Assembly: GCA_965644295.1 (NCBI GenBank)
Contig: CBFFRP010000017.1
Coordinates: 62,001-126,000 of the forward strand
DNA length: 64,000 nt
Source of the DNA: Paraphysomonas bandaiensis
Lineage: Eukaryota; Protista; Chrysophyceae
Reading direction: 5' to 3'
A program made the translations under genes and the position numbers. Numbering within the stretch: the stretch's first letter is position 1; the number at the start of each line of letters is the position of its first letter. Under the pieces are notes generated by a model that had not been told where the DNA came from, made no database searches, and saw only the letters and a list, made by a program, of their open reading frames with translations. Of this stretch, positions 47,998 through 62,196 are shown piece after piece.

Positions 47998-49592
47998 TTA
48001 ATGATGCCATACTTTAATCTTTCTATCTTTACTTCCAGAAACAACTTGCGTTCCGTCCGGACTCCAGTCGAGACAATAAATTTCATCTTCATGGCCAGGT
48101 AGCGTGTGCATCGACTTCTTAGTATCTTTGACTGACCAAAGCTTAATAGTGGAGTCTTTACTTGCGCTAACTATGAATGCACTATCGGCTGACCATGCCA
48201 CTTGATACACTGCCCCCACATGTCCACTGCAAGTTGACAGAAACCTTCCCGTCTTCCCGCACCATATCTTTACCTTTTTATCGAAGGATGCCGATGCAAG
48301 ATAACGAGAGTCTGGCGAGAAAAGGATGTGGTTGACAAGCTGCTGGTGACCAGTCATGCGGGTCATAGGAGTCTTTCCTTCCTGTGGACGCCACATAAAC
48401 ATTGTGAAGTCATCAGAGCCCGACACTAGCCGCTCTCCATCACTACCAACAATTGCTTGGTACCTTTCCAAGGCTACCTGCCGTCTACTCTCGAGGTCAT
48501 CGTCTGCTGTCGTAGTCTGGTCACTACTACTTCCCACAAGACCTAGCCGATACGATCCTGTAAATACAACAATTAGCTAATATGATAACACAAAGATATA
48601 ACAGTCTATGTATATATTGCTACAACTTCGGTACCTGTGCGTAAAACGTAGTCGCAGCTGAGAGCTAGCGTATTGATTCTATGTCCATGTCCCGTAAGAG
48701 TTCTGACAAGCTTCTGCTGCGAACGTCCATGTCCATCTATTGCCCATACCATAATAGTCCTGTCTCTGGAAGCAGTATATATAAATCCACTACCACCCCA
48801 CTTCACACTCTCTACACTGTCCGCGTGGCCAGATATAATCGTCTCACATCGACCGTTGGTGGTATTCCAAATGCGTACCGTTCCGTCCTTTGACGCACTT
48901 GCCATACGTGTGCAAGTAGGGTCACAGTGAAGCGGCTCAAAACTGAGCGAAGTAACCCACTTTTTGTGGCCTTTAAGTGGCTGCCCAAGGGCCTTACCAG
49001 TGCGTGGGTCCCACATATGAATCTCGCCACTTTTGTCCGCTGATACGAATATGCGCCCATCCGGGGACCAAGCAGCACAGAGAATGTGATTACGGTGACC
49101 CATACATGTGTGGGCCGGTAGAGAAGTTGTTACATTCCAGAATCTCACCGCCCCGTCCCCTCCTCCGCTGGCTAGTCGACGGCCATCAGGGCTGTATGAC
49201 ACATGGATCACAGCGTCAGTGTGACCAGGCATAGTTTCAGTACAGCGAGTAACTGGACGCACTCTGTATACAGAGAGAGGCTGGTACGATATAGTCAAGG
49301 CATCTTCGTAAGAAACGCCCTGGTTGGACTCCGCTAAATACTGCAAAGTTTCTTCTAAATTATTGACCACCTCCACATTGTTAACATAAAATGCATAAGG
49401 AAGACCATCCTCATTCTCCAGCAGTGTATTTACGAGGACTTCAAGCTGCTTTGGAGTAGATGACAGGGGTATATCGATGGGGGGTCCTGTTCTCGACCCA
49501 TCCTGAGCGGTAAAGTGAGAGATCAGTGATGAAGGCTTCTCTGTCTGGCGCTGGCGCTTAGAGGGATTGGTAACATCATCCCCGTCTTCCAT
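47998..49592 (-). CDS. NLE1: Notchless / Rsa4 ribosome-assembly WD40 protein, 2 exons
   Basis: NLE ubiquitin-like N-domain, YQPLSVYRVRPVTRC..MPGH, WD40 repeats, ERLVSGSDDFTMFMW, RMTGHQQLVNH; intron 48558-48634. Confidence 0.95.
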
Positions 49593-50032
49593 AACTATCT
49601 ACGGCGTACAGTTGTATCGTATAAGAGGACTGAACCCAGGAGCTCTGAGTTTTCCGAGGAGATATCTGACGGCGGTGGTTGGCACAGTGCGCGTGTACAT
49701 AGCATACCATGTACAATGTACACACCAGGCGTCCATCTGAACCACCATCAACCAACCAATCACTCACCTCGTTCCAATAATACGCTCTATACACTCCAGT
49801 ATACAAAATCTTCGTCTGTATTGTATCTGAAGAATACCTACAGGAATACATGTATTATATACCTCTACATAAGTGTGAGACAAGCGGAAGATCAGCTCAG
49901 TCCCAGTGCTCCACAGTGACTATCCACAGTACATACACACCACCGTGATAAAAGCCAGTGCCACAGGTGGACTGCAGTCGAGGAGAGCGAGTGAGCATAG
50001 GTTGATGATAGGTTCCTGAAGATAGGGCACTG

Positions 50033-52023
50033 ATGAGTAAGCCCTGCAGACAGAGAGAGAGATGGACCCCTCACAGTAGATCTGTGCTGGTGTCTGTATT
50101 AATAGTGGCTGTCAGCATCTTCGCCACCTCACACCTCAGTTTCATTGCAGAGATAGTACAGCCGATAGGAAGGGGTATCCCCACTCCCTCTCCGTCTGTT
50201 GAGTCTCAGGAGTGGAACGCTAATAGAATCGTATGGAGTGCAGAAAAACCGTTTGCTTCTTTTTTGCAATTGAAGGGCGTGCCTGTCGTGCTTCAGGCGT
50301 CTATTGCGTCTAAATTTCCAAAGTGGACTCCTTCTGATGTTGCAGATATTTCATCTAATCCCCAATATGGTTTTTATCGAAGTTTTAGTGGCGTATTCGG
50401 TCCGTACTATGATGCCAGAAAACCTATGCACGTCCTTCCAACTATCGCATCTTCTGTTCCTTATGAGCAGAATGTTTCGCTATTCCGGCACGAAATCGAT
50501 ACAGTTTTCCGTCGTAACCATCCTCCTTTTTACAGCTTGTCTGCCGATATTGCCAGTGTGAATCCGTTGGCCGAATCCTCGTTTGATCTCACTGAGTTGG
50601 TGAGTTTGATGCCGAGCCGCTCCTCTGTAAATATATGGATGGGTACACCCGGTAGTGTCACGCCGTGTCACTTTGACGGCTATCACAACATGTATGTTCT
50701 GAGTGTTATTTATTTTGCTGATAGTTTCTCTTTCTGTGCAGGTATGTGCAACTGTCAGGTATAAAGAAGTTTGTTTTGTTTCCACCAGGTATGATTCCCA
50801 CATGATGTATAGTCTTGTTATTACCTAGTAAAAGAACATTATATTTTGACATTTGTCTTTCTCTCCCCATTTCTATACCTCATGATTACCATACAGCACG
50901 ACGCATGGATATTCACATGTTCCCCTTTCTACATCCTTCCTACGGCCAATGTCAAAGATCTCTGAGCATAACAGAGGACTGGGAAAAATGGCATGACCGT
51001 GTGGAGGTGTTCCTGAGGCCGGGAGAGCTTCTATATATACCACCCTTCTGGATTCATGAAGTTACCACAGTAATGAGCAGTGTATCGGTGAATGTATGGA
51101 CAGACACAACAGACTCTCTCCTTCTGGAGCAAGTGAGCTTGATCGCCACGGATATAACTTTTTGGTGACAGATATGCAGGTGTTCGCAACCCCAGTTCCG
51201 GGGATGATGGCTCCATTTTCTGCATCTGCGGCCTCAACATTTTCAGATGAGGAAATAAGGCTTCAAGATATTCGCATTCCGTTTAATCCTGAACTGTTTA
51301 ATAATATCCTCTCGCATAGGTGTGCTGAGATATTCATTCTTTCTTTAGTAATACCATGTAGGATGATCATGGGCGCAGTGGTAGTTCTTGAAGTGTTGCA
51401 CGAGACAGTTGGTAGATACGGCGGTGTCAACGTGATATTAGGTATTGCTTTCATCATCATTTCAACGTTACTTACAGTTTGAGTGACAGATGTACACAGA
51501 AGATACTCACCACTCATAGCGTCTTCACATCTCGCTGGATTGCCTGGAACTCTATCGCATGTGTGTCAACTTGATGTAATCATATTGTTATATAATTTTT
51601 GCTTGTTACCAGCAACTCGTAAGCATTTTTTCGCAATGGAAGCCGATCGAGACGTTACATAAAATTAGACAACCACCAGGTGATATCAGTAGTACACATT
51701 TAACAGATCGGCGTGACATGTTGCAGCTTGGGTGACTTGGTTTTCTAGCGGCGAATTCAATGATAAATTGAGAATTTATATCAAGTGAGGCTCATAATCA
51801 TCCTTCTTTTATTTGTTTAACACGAAATAGAGAAACAGCGGCACATCTTTCTAAGCTGAGCACACGCACAGAAGATATATTTTTGGCATCTTATGTGGAG
51901 TTGATAGCCTTTAAAGTAGGCGGTGCATCTCGCGCTTCATCTTTTATTGAGCTTCTTGCCAGCGTTGTGCTTAGCACGAAAGGTACAACTACAGACTTAA
52001 CGGAAGGAAAGGACGTAAAATGA
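50033..52023 (+). CDS. JmjC/cupin-like 2-oxoglutarate/Fe(II) hydroxylase with N-terminal signal/anchor, multi-exon
   Basis: VNIWMG..GSVTPCHFDGYHN|MYVQLSGIKKFVLFPP (HxD) and LRPGELLYIPPFWIHEV..SVSVNVW (distal His). 3' exons are approximate. Confidence 0.85.
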
Positions 52024-52569
52024 GCGAACTAACGAGTAGTTACACGCTGCCGAACAGCGTGTTTTGAATTGTTATTATTTATTTGATTGTGTAAAGTGGT
52101 AAAATGATAAAATTTAAGTCTAATCTACCCACAGTTAGAGTAATTAAGATAAATGAGACCTATATAACAAAATTTGGTGCACAATATCTTGAGCGTGAAA
52201 TGAGAACCATTGGCAGGACATATGATCAAGCAAACAATTTCTCGAAGGAAGGTACTGCAGAGGTATATGACCTCAACTGTGACCCCTTTTCTTTCCGCAT
52301 TTGGGGTAGCTTCACACCTCAGAGTTTGCAGTAGTGGAGGCCATATTTACCTCTGCAAAATTATCTTGAATGATAATGTCACCTTGTAAATAAAAAGACT
52401 GGTATATATAGTTGCTCTAAATTCGTTTTGGGTGTTGAGGTCTGCCTGCAGCTTCGTGATTTAGCTATGTCGGTGGGTGGTTCTCCCAATTCACATATTT
52501 TTTAGCCGGTCGATAGCTGTGCGCACAAGTTCCCCCGGTACAATTTTGAATCCTGCAAACTTTTCATTC

Positions 52570-53053
52570 TATTGAAAGTCTTATTATTAGCAATAGGCGT
52601 TAAAAAGCTGCACCAACTTAGTAGCTAGATGAATGCTAGACAAACTAGTTAGACCTCTACCTGTAACTAATCAGTACACACTTTTTTTATCCTACTATTT
52701 AACGTTACGGAAGCTGCTTGTGCGTCGCCGCAAGCACCAAGGTGCGACCACTTCCGCTCTGAGTTCTTATGGTGAACATCCCGGACAGATGCTTGACTTC
52801 AGGAGGCAGCCCAATACCCCGGTTACCCTTCAGGTGGGCCCCTTCCCGGATGCTTGTTTATTCGTCAGGACTCAAAGACGTCTACACAAGTGACACTTAT
52901 TGGTGTCCTTTGTACCACACAAGCATTCGGCTATGAGTGGGCAGAAGAATATCTGCTGACTATGTTTGCGGCTCACGTTAGTTTCCCAGAGAGAATCTCT
53001 GCGGTACTTATCCCCCAGAACACCACGACAAGGTGCGAGTCCGACTTTGTTGA
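52570..53053 (-). mobile_element. SINE-like non-autonomous retroelement, full-length type copy
   Basis: Flanked by decayed 15-bp TSD GCAAACTTTTCATTC (52555-52569) / GCGAACTTTTTATTC (53054-53068); both differences are transitions. Confidence 0.9.
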
Positions 53054-53541
53054 GCGAACTTTTTATTCAGTTCCTCATATAGGATTTCTCTCGAAACTAA
53101 ATAGCTAATTGTCATGTCCATTAGCTGGGATCATATCCGTTTCCCGGAGTACTGATCAAGAATCTCAAGGGCTGCAGTGACTGGTTGAACTGCGTCAAAT
53201 ATAGAGCGGATGCAAGTATCTTATGATGACGATCAAAAGTATCTTCAACAGATACAATCATTAATTATTATTCAGTTTATGATATATTTCATTGGACATT
53301 ATAATATTTCACATATATTATAGTAGTATCTTAAAAGTAAACAATATGCACACGTGGGGAAAAATTTGAATCCTAATAGTACGATCACTACTACACCAAC
53401 TATAACTAGTACGATCTTACATTAAGTCGATGTGATGCCCAAACCTGGTAAAACTGTCTTTTGTACAGTCGATATATTTCAGTTTCAGAACTACAATAGC
53501 TATCATCATATCATTGGTTCTCATAATACGGTTATAGCTAC

Positions 53542-54798
53542 CAGGGCTGCGTAACAAAATAAATTTTAATCTAATTGCTGGAAAACATTTGCAATGAATT
53601 GCCAATATTATTGTCTAATTAAATTTTAGTTACTCATTTTACAAGCACAAATATCATCTTCAACTGCACTTGTTGCATTCTACAAAAGTCTATGAAAGCG
53701 CAAGTACATATATATGATGGGCATCCAATCGATGAGGTGCCATAGATTTGCGCAGATCACTCATGTTGATATTTGCTCTACTGAAGAGCCTTTCTACGCA
53801 ATTAGTAATGGAGTAAGTATATGCTTCAAGCAGTAATGGAGTGTACTTAATTGGTTTGGTCGTGCATATATATTATATAGACGCTTTTGCACTTGATGTC
53901 TTGTCGTCAGTGAGTCGATATATATATCATCATATTCTTTTTCCTCTTCTTCATCAGTTCTGTCCAACAACAGAAAACGTTTGAGCTGCGCCTTCTCAAG
54001 AACAACCATCCTGAACTAGGCCACAAGTGAATTATAGGCAACATTTATTTCACTTTCTTTTCAACGTGCTGCGCTATAACAAAGTATCCCGATATTTCAT
54101 GATTGTGCTTCTCGATATATTGGCTTCGGATTGATATTCTTTCTCGTCAATGCTTTCTTCACAAAAGAAAATCGATGATTGTCCATAACTATCCACTCTA
54201 ACCATCTGAGCGCCTTAGAAGAGGAAGGAGAAACATTTCTCTCAACCTAAGAACTCATGGGATCAGCTCCACGTAAAACGCTGCCCTGACCGACCTTGGC
54301 ATCCCAGCCTTCGTGCTGCGTTCCCCATGATGCTAAGCCAAGTGGACCATCTGTGCTTTATTTCTCTATCTTGACATTCTGCATTTCCATTTCTGACGGC
54401 CATCATCAAAGAAGTCCTCGAGTTGGGTAAAAACACCCTTGAAATAGATAATTCTAGTGCTAAATAGATATAATAGATTAATGATACACACACTATTGTA
54501 AATAATTATAATGATGATATAATCGAGTATGATATTTACATGACTAAAACTCTATATATCCAGGATTTCGACTGCAGAAAACAATAGTGAACTTCAATCC
54601 TACAGTGTCCTGTAAGGCAGGAACGGCAAGAACATGATTGCCAAACAACTTAGAGATATAACTAGAAGGGTATTACGCTATGGATCGAGCTGCACTTATT
54701 CTTGTCGCTCAAGATCAAGAGAAAAGACACATAATAGACCGTTTAATTGTTGCGGATAATAGACCGTTTGCAATTCAATTAATTGTTGCGGAGCCCTG
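53542..54798. mobile_element. 1.26-kb non-autonomous hAT element
   Basis: CAGGGCTGCGTAACAA ... TTGTTGCGGAGCCCTG; TSD ATAGCTAC / TTAGCTAC (7/8); the interior holds broken coding-like sequence. Confidence 0.8.
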
Positions 54799-55733
54799 TT
54801 AGCTACTACTGTATTCTTTGAGTAACGGTTATAATTATATAGCGTAGAAACTACAGCTGTTAATTGTTAGCAAACAGCAAAACTCAACACATTTACGATC
54901 AAATGAATAAGAAAAGCTTAATCCGGATGATGTACAGGTACTATTGAATGATTAAATTTGTAAGTACCCTGGGATGAAATTCCACCTGAAAGTTCGAAAT
55001 GCAGAACTTGAAAAGAAGCAGTAACCAAGATATATAGCGTGGTAGGGAAGAACTGTACCGCGCTGAAAAAGCACGGTGCGACGCCTTTTATAAATGATAT
55101 ACCTGCAGACGAAAATGGATTTGATGAAGAGAAAAAAATAACGAGGAATGCGAAATCACTCGTTTACTTGAAGACAATCGAACGTGCAAGAAAGCACGAA
55201 TTAAACTGGCATACAATACAAATGTTTGTGGAGGTTGTTTAGCAGAGCTAAGATTGCTATGACTGATTTTCCAAAGCGAATGAGACCTAGACAGCTTGAA
55301 ATGTTGATGTTTCTGCGTGAAATATAAATATGGGTCGACTGTATTCATACCCACACGCGATTGCAATATATTGAAACATGCAATATATATATTATACGTC
55401 ACTGTAAAACTGGAAAAATTCCGGGCAGTAAGTGTAGTACGGCCAATGCAATGCAAATCAATTATCAAGCTACACTGTAGACCATTTAAGAAGAGCAACA
55501 TCAAACATATAGATAGTATCTCCTCATAAATCTCATTTACTCGCAATACAGGAAACTGTATTTCCAAGCAACACAATTGTTTAGAACTCTAACCTCAGTC
55601 GTCTATCTCATACATTATGGGGTAGGCATAAGACATATCGCTCACTTGTTGCATGGCAGCCTTTACATCACATTTAGTTCTCTAATACATTTCAGGCTCA
55701 GTGCTAAATGCTATCCAAATTTAACACATTATA

Positions 55734-57893
55734 CTATTGATACGGATGGCGATTGCCTTGCTCAGTAACAACTTTAACATCACCAGATAATAAAGCAGAT
55801 TGTCGCAACGCTATCAAAGCCGTACACAGTGGCTCCAACGATAACATCTACTAAACAAATAAACATAGGAATGTATGTCCCCAGAACACACCTTTTTCTG
55901 TATAGACTCCATGCTTTGTAAAGACAAGCGCTTCAGCATATCCTGGTCGGTAAGTAATTTGTTTACAACATTTGGCATATCTTCAATGCGGTCAACGAAC
56001 ACAACGACGCTCTTGTACGCAAGTTCCAAGTCCTTGTCTGCAAATAGTACAGCACACGTAGTCAGACAGTGTGATATCATCAACAACAGTAGAGTAACGA
56101 AACAACAGAAACGCACCAAAAGAGTGAGTGCTAACAACGACTTTCCCCTTAAGTAGTAAAGGGTCAATGCGGTGGGATTCCAACGAGGAAATACTGTAAT
56201 AACGGTCTAGCACTATAATGTCTGCACTATCCACTAGGCGACGTAGATGCACTCCAAACACCCCTTCATAACACACGAAGTCATCTACCGCATCACTCAT
56301 GATCTGGCAGAGCCGCTCTCGTCTGCCGTTATGACTGAAGCGGATAGCACCGAAAAATAATACTCGCGATCGCTTACAGAGTGAGATGCCTGAAGTGTGG
56401 CCAGTTTCGGGACAATTCGCAGGATACAGCACACAGTCCTCAACAGTGTAATTAGTTCCATTAAAAATAATAGGATGCACCACAGCAGCAACACACTGCT
56501 GCTCTTTTGTCGGCACTACTTGTCGCGCCCGCTCTTTCCTTGTCAAACTAATCTCCCCGCCCAAGTTTGATTCCGTCATGTGCCACAGAGGTACATAGAA
56601 AACGTTGGTGAGTTCCAACGCCTGGGTGAGAAACCTATAATGGGAGGGCGCTATAGCCCATACCTGGCTTGCTCGACGCATCTTCTGAAGGTACTGCGGG
56701 GAAAAAACAAGCAGACCTGTTCGAGGTACGGTTCTGTTGTGAATTTGTTCTACCTGTACTTGAATGAAGAGTTTTTTGCGGTCAACAACAGAAGTACCAA
56801 ACCCAAAGTGCACCTCCACCTCCATAAAATCGAAAAAAGCGCTGTCAACACATCCAACTTTTCGCACTCGCTCGAGAGCTTGTTGCAAACCACGAACATT
56901 GGACCCAAAAAATATACTATCTTTCTCAGGAAAATCAAAACCTAAGATAGGTCGTAAGATTGGCTGCTTGTACTCTATCTTGTCTTCGTCCGAAGTCGCT
57001 TGAATGAGCGTAGAGCTCATAGGTTTACTAGGTTTATAGTCAGACCCTTTCATTAGATATGTCACAGACCCAGACAGGACTAAGTGAACACCAGAGCGCA
57101 TCATATCATGTAATAATTTATAACTCTCAACTGGTCCATCTTGAAATTGATGACTGCCTAAAGGAATCATTAATTCACGCCGGACAGCAAAGCTAATGCC
57201 AGCGAAATCGACATCTATGGTGTGGTGGGTCTCCGGCGGAATAACCTTGTATTCACAGGTTATGCATGACGCACGGAATAATACCGCAGAAGCTTTTGAA
57301 AAAGCCTGAACTTCTTCCTTAAGAAGTGTAACATAATCTGCGGTAATGGTATCGTCTTCATCAAGGAAAGCTATCCACGGTGTAACTACATGACGAAACG
57401 CATGATTGCGTTGTGATCCTCCATAAATTCTTGGCAATAAATTTTTGTATGGAAGAAAATATATTCGTAGGTCTTGCCAAATATACTGAGGTATAGTTGC
57501 TAGCTGAAAAGGGGCCTGTTGATGGACTTCATTGTCTCTGTCTTCAACAACGGAGTACACAACAATCAGGCGCCAATTACAGTCATGTAGATTTAGAACT
57601 GATTGGATAGCTCTGACTATTGCCGGACTCGATCCGCTTGTAGGCATCACAAAAGTAACATAAGCACTATCGTGACACTTCTGAATGAGCGTGTTGTTCA
57701 GCACGTCCACTAAGCGGTCGTGCATATCGTATTCACTCTTTTCCCACTTGCGGATCGCTGAATACATACCGACTAAGCCTTCAGGAGTTGCTGAAACTAG
57801 TGTGCTAGCGAGGGACAATGACATGTATACCAGTGCTACGATAGTCGTTCTCCAATACATGTGGTGCATTGATATGCTATGCATTCTCATCAC
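55734..57893 (-). CDS. Signal/anchor-bearing glycosyltransferase: GT2-like domain plus a second GT-like domain
   Basis: VTFVMPT..RAIQSVL..NWRLIVV, GGSQRNHAF..TPWIAFLDEDD (DxD). C-terminal VLFFG..RRERL..GVFG..L..ADIIV..LESHRIDPLLLKGKVVVS. Last exon ends ...RHPYQ*. Confidence 0.8.
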
Positions 57894-58414
57894 GCCACTG
57901 CCCTGTCACAGCCTATCATCCAACGCACTGATAGATCCTCATTACTAGGCATGCACGGGTCCCATACATGGAGGGTAAAGAGGTGGTTAATTATATTCCA
58001 TCGCCAGTGTGTGCAGCTCTGTGTTTCTGTCTCGTATCATGCGTAGAGCTCTGGCATCTACGTACCTCTGCACAGCCCAGCAGCAGTGATACACACACAG
58101 CAGTAGCAGTGCTGTACACTGTACAGCTTATGTACAGCAGGCACAAGACACTCCAATTCTGTATTTTCTTAAATCAATGGAATAAAACTATCGATTTCTA
58201 TAATAAACCCTGTTTTTGGGTACTGAAACGGTTTGTGGGTGTGGTATCTCATATACAGTACTATACTCTGTATACAGGAGTGTAGTATTGTGGTGTTGTA
58301 AAGTGGCTGCCTGTGCAGCAAGCAAAGAATGTGCTGGAAGGGCAGTTGAAACAGCAGTGGGTTACATCCTGCCGCTTATTTACACCTCGACAAACAAGTT
58401 CGCGCGTGGTAGCA

Positions 58415-59489
58415 ATGGAACCTGCAAAACAAAACTACCATTTTCATCACATTACACCCTTCACCCCTAAAACCTTCTCAACTCATCAAGGCAAAGAAGT
58501 TCTGACACAATGGTTTTATGCACATGTGTTTTGTTTTGCTCTAAAGTAACATGAAACCTGCTCTATAGGGGGTTAGAGAACTTCCTCAAGGTAAATAAAT
58601 TCCGAATTGATGGAAGTGTTCGGAAAACTGATCACGAGAATATTCTGAGTGAGTTTCTCAGTGATCAAACCATTGCAAATATATTGGAGGTTCGATGATA
58701 TCTTTCTATCTAATTGTCGCGAGTAAATAATCTAATTTGCAGTTATCTGGTACTCTCACATATCCAGTTGAGTTGGATTTGGTTGAGTTGAAGACTACAG
58801 TTCGAAGCATGGAATTTTTTGATAGGTTACAAACTCATGGTATACTATGTGCGCGTTTGCACTTTAGCAGTCATTTCTATGTTTCCTATCAGGAATTTTA
58901 AGTGCTTCTGGAACTATTAGCGGGTGTTTCGAAGAAATGTATGATGGTATTATGGTAAGTAACGTTTCAGATATACATAAAGTTTCTTATGTTGTGGTCA
59001 ATGCTCATAGGTGGGTGACCTTCTGAGAGAAATGCTGCTGAACAGAGATTCTATTAATTGCGATATATATTCTGAGGAAGAAAAGGATGAATTTATATTC
59101 AAGCTATTCAAGATACTTTGTGTTGGTGGCTCGATGTGTCAGCCTGATACAACGACATCTCGGTAGGATTATAAAAGTTACAGTATCTTTAATAACTATG
59201 TTGCAGTTACCTGGAAATAGCTAAAGCCCTATATAAAGAGTTACTGGTACTTTACAAGTAAGAATGTATTAACATTTAATATTTAATTTAATATTCTGCT
59301 CGATGACATAGAGCTTCCGATTCTGGTGACATACGTTGCGCGTGCAGAGTTTTCGATATAAAGGGGGTGGGTGGATATGATATTTTCCCTACCTCTGCGA
59401 ACTCTTCGAACTCTTCCTTAATTATAGTTGTCAATCACATGGAGAAGTTAATTACTACCATTAAAATGACACATAGTAGCTTTTGGTAG
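58415..59489 (+). CDS. CFAP300: Cilia- and flagella-associated protein 300 (C11orf70/DNAAF17), many short exons
   Basis: Spliced ..LTQW|GL.., SMEFFDRL, GDLLREMLLNRDS..YSEEEKDEFIFKLFKILCVGGSMCQPD...YKELL; ends FW*. Confidence 0.9.
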
Positions 59490-60549
59490 TTAAATTATCG
59501 TGTGCAGAAGGGGGCACTTTCTACGATGTGTTGTGATGGCCTCCTCGTTCATGTGCGCTTATTGTTTACTCCCAGAACACCAATACATAGTAATTCAACA
59601 TTCAGTCGTTTTTAATATGAGAATTTTTAGCGATCGAAATAATTTTTTTCTAATCAGATTTATAACCGCTGTTCGCCACACCAATTATGTACCACAGCTG
59701 AAAGAGTAGATTCAAGCGTAATGCTTAGATGCTTAGTATACTTAGAGACTGTTGTACTTAGTATTACACAGTAAGAATCACCACATAGAAAATGATATTT
59801 AGTATATCTCATTCACAACAAAATAGTTCGAAACTTGAATATTGCTGAATAGACACACATAACTTTAATCTTCAATATAAATCAGTTTCCGTATTGGTTG
59901 GTTTACTATCAATGTATTGAACTACAACCAACTTCTACGTGCGTATTTGAAGTTTGGTAAAGCTTATTGCTAGTAGCTATCCTGTATTCCATGTAGCAAT
60001 GAAATACAAAATATACATGACTACACTATAGGAGTAGCGAATAGCTATTACAAGTGTACAAAGAAGCTGAAAATATAGTAGCTGTTAAAGATACGATTTG
60101 TAGAACAGAATGTTGATGTTGGTGATTGGCGTAGTTCCTAAATCACAGTGCTACAACATCATAATTTCACTATATCTCTCTTAACGTAATTTAGTCTATA
60201 ATGTACTACTACAAGTTTAATTTAGTATTTAATACTATGTGATGAATATTCATCGCCAGCTTTCAAGTAAAAAACATGGTGTTGTTTACCACAAACAAGT
60301 ATTTCACGTCAAGTGCTGGATATTTTGCCTTGTTGCTATAGTTACTGAAACGGTTCGTTCGATGCCTTCGCCACGTAAACACGACAGAAAAGTACAGCTT
60401 TCGACCACTAGGAAAATGTGTGCACACTAATGTTTAAATAAATTACGAAAACTTATTACCATATATATACTTCGGGATTTCTAATGCTTTGGCGACAAGT
60501 GGCAAAGACGACTGCGCTCAACAGAAGCCGTATCTATTACCATGGTCGC

Positions 60550-61582
60550 TTAAGCTTCTATTGCCACGTCAGGGAACATATTTCCAAGCGTTTCAACTTG
60601 ATTTCGGGAACTTGATATAAATTTTGCTGATATTGATTCCAAATGGTGCCACTCTGTTGGATTTAGCTCCGCCTGAATAAACATTAACGCACGCAATACT
60701 GCTGAATATACCCCCCACCTGTGATCTTTTATTTTCAATTAGCATCTGGATAGCATTCACATTTATGTTTCGCAGCCCAGAAACTTCTAATCGGCGCAAT
60801 CGAGGACATGTGTGAGCAATATGGTCCAATAGATCCGCACTTATACTATCTGACGCGTTAAATGATGTGATCCACGATATACATAAACTCTCCAGCCTTT
60901 GACCAATCGCATCAATAAATTTGCGGATTGTGGACTCGCCAAGAATGGCATACCCGAGACTAATACCACGAAGAGATAAGCATTTCTTAATGATACAGTC
61001 TAAAACCTTATCGGTTATGGGAAGCCCAGACATATGCAACTCCAATAGTTTAGCAGCATTGGGGTGATTACTAGTCAGATTTAACAATCCATTTTCAGTT
61101 ATATTGATATTACCACCGATGCTAATTTGATATAAATTCAGTCCATACTGATTAATGTGATCAATAGCACTGTCCGTGAGCTTACGACAGTTGGTAACTG
61201 TAAGTGTTTTCAATTCTCTGCAAGTTTGCAGTATTCGTTGCAACAATGAATCGTCTATTAGCAAGCATCCAGACACATCGATCTTGGTTAGGTGCGGACA
61301 CCTCTCAATAACATCCATAATATATTTGCTTGAGACTTTCGAGTTTTTGAAAGAAAGGACAGTGATCTGGGAAGTGAAAGCCTTCACAGGTATGATGTTA
61401 TCGGTCATTCTACCGGCCTCAGTAATCTGATCAACTAAATCTTGAATTACTTTATCGCAGAGGTTTGCCGGATATGCCCGAAAAGAAGATGATGTCAAAT
61501 AATTTTTATTGACATGGTTGGAGGGGGACTTGGCGATTGCTTTCATGCATGTTGTGGATAGAGGGGTGATCTCTCGGTGCAT
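60550..61582 (-). CDS. RNI-like/cysteine-containing LRR protein (AMN1/FBXL-like), 2 exons
   Basis: CPHLTKIDVSGCLLIDD, CRELKTLTVTNCRKLTD, CPRLRRLEVSG; N-terminal PLSTTCMKAI. Confidence 0.8.
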
Positions 61583-62196
61583 GATATCAGTGACTACAAA
61601 TAATTATCTCGTCTCCTATATATGTACACTACAAGAGACTCAATGCTATCACACTCGGTCTCAAGTTCAATATGTTGATGCTTAGATGCTTCCACGAGAT
61701 AAGTCGATGAGCTCTGCCGGGTGCATGTACCACATACACTGGACTGGACTGGACTGGGCTGGTGTGCCTGCATGGAAATATGATCAAATTACACTGATAT
61801 GGCTGTCGGCTGAAGTACAGTGCAGTATACTGCTGCTGTATACGGCGGTATACCAGAGTAACCAACCACATGTACTCTGCTGTATTCTCTTGAATACGGA
61901 ATACTGCAAGTGAGTTATACGTAACACAGGAATATATACGTGTGAGGAATACGTGAAGTTGGAATCAAATTTTCAGCCCAAGTCTAGAAATACATCCACT
62001 CTGAACATACGGCAACTCAGGCGTAAAACAGATGTTCTAGAAACTGAAACACCCGTATGTCCACTAAAGATATGAATTATGCAATTCAGTGGCTTAGATG
62101 AGCGTCATCGAACTACTCATCGCACAGACGGCAGCTGAGAACTATTGGCGAGCAGTCATAATTACTTTAGCCGAAGTTAATAAACTGTTAGAGAAG

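Noticed and set aside
52080-55300. Short ORFs at 52104, 53794, 54263 and 55039 as genes
   Set aside because: They are fragmented by stops, lie in a TE-rich gap and carry no motif I can identify; probably decayed element or pseudogene sequence.
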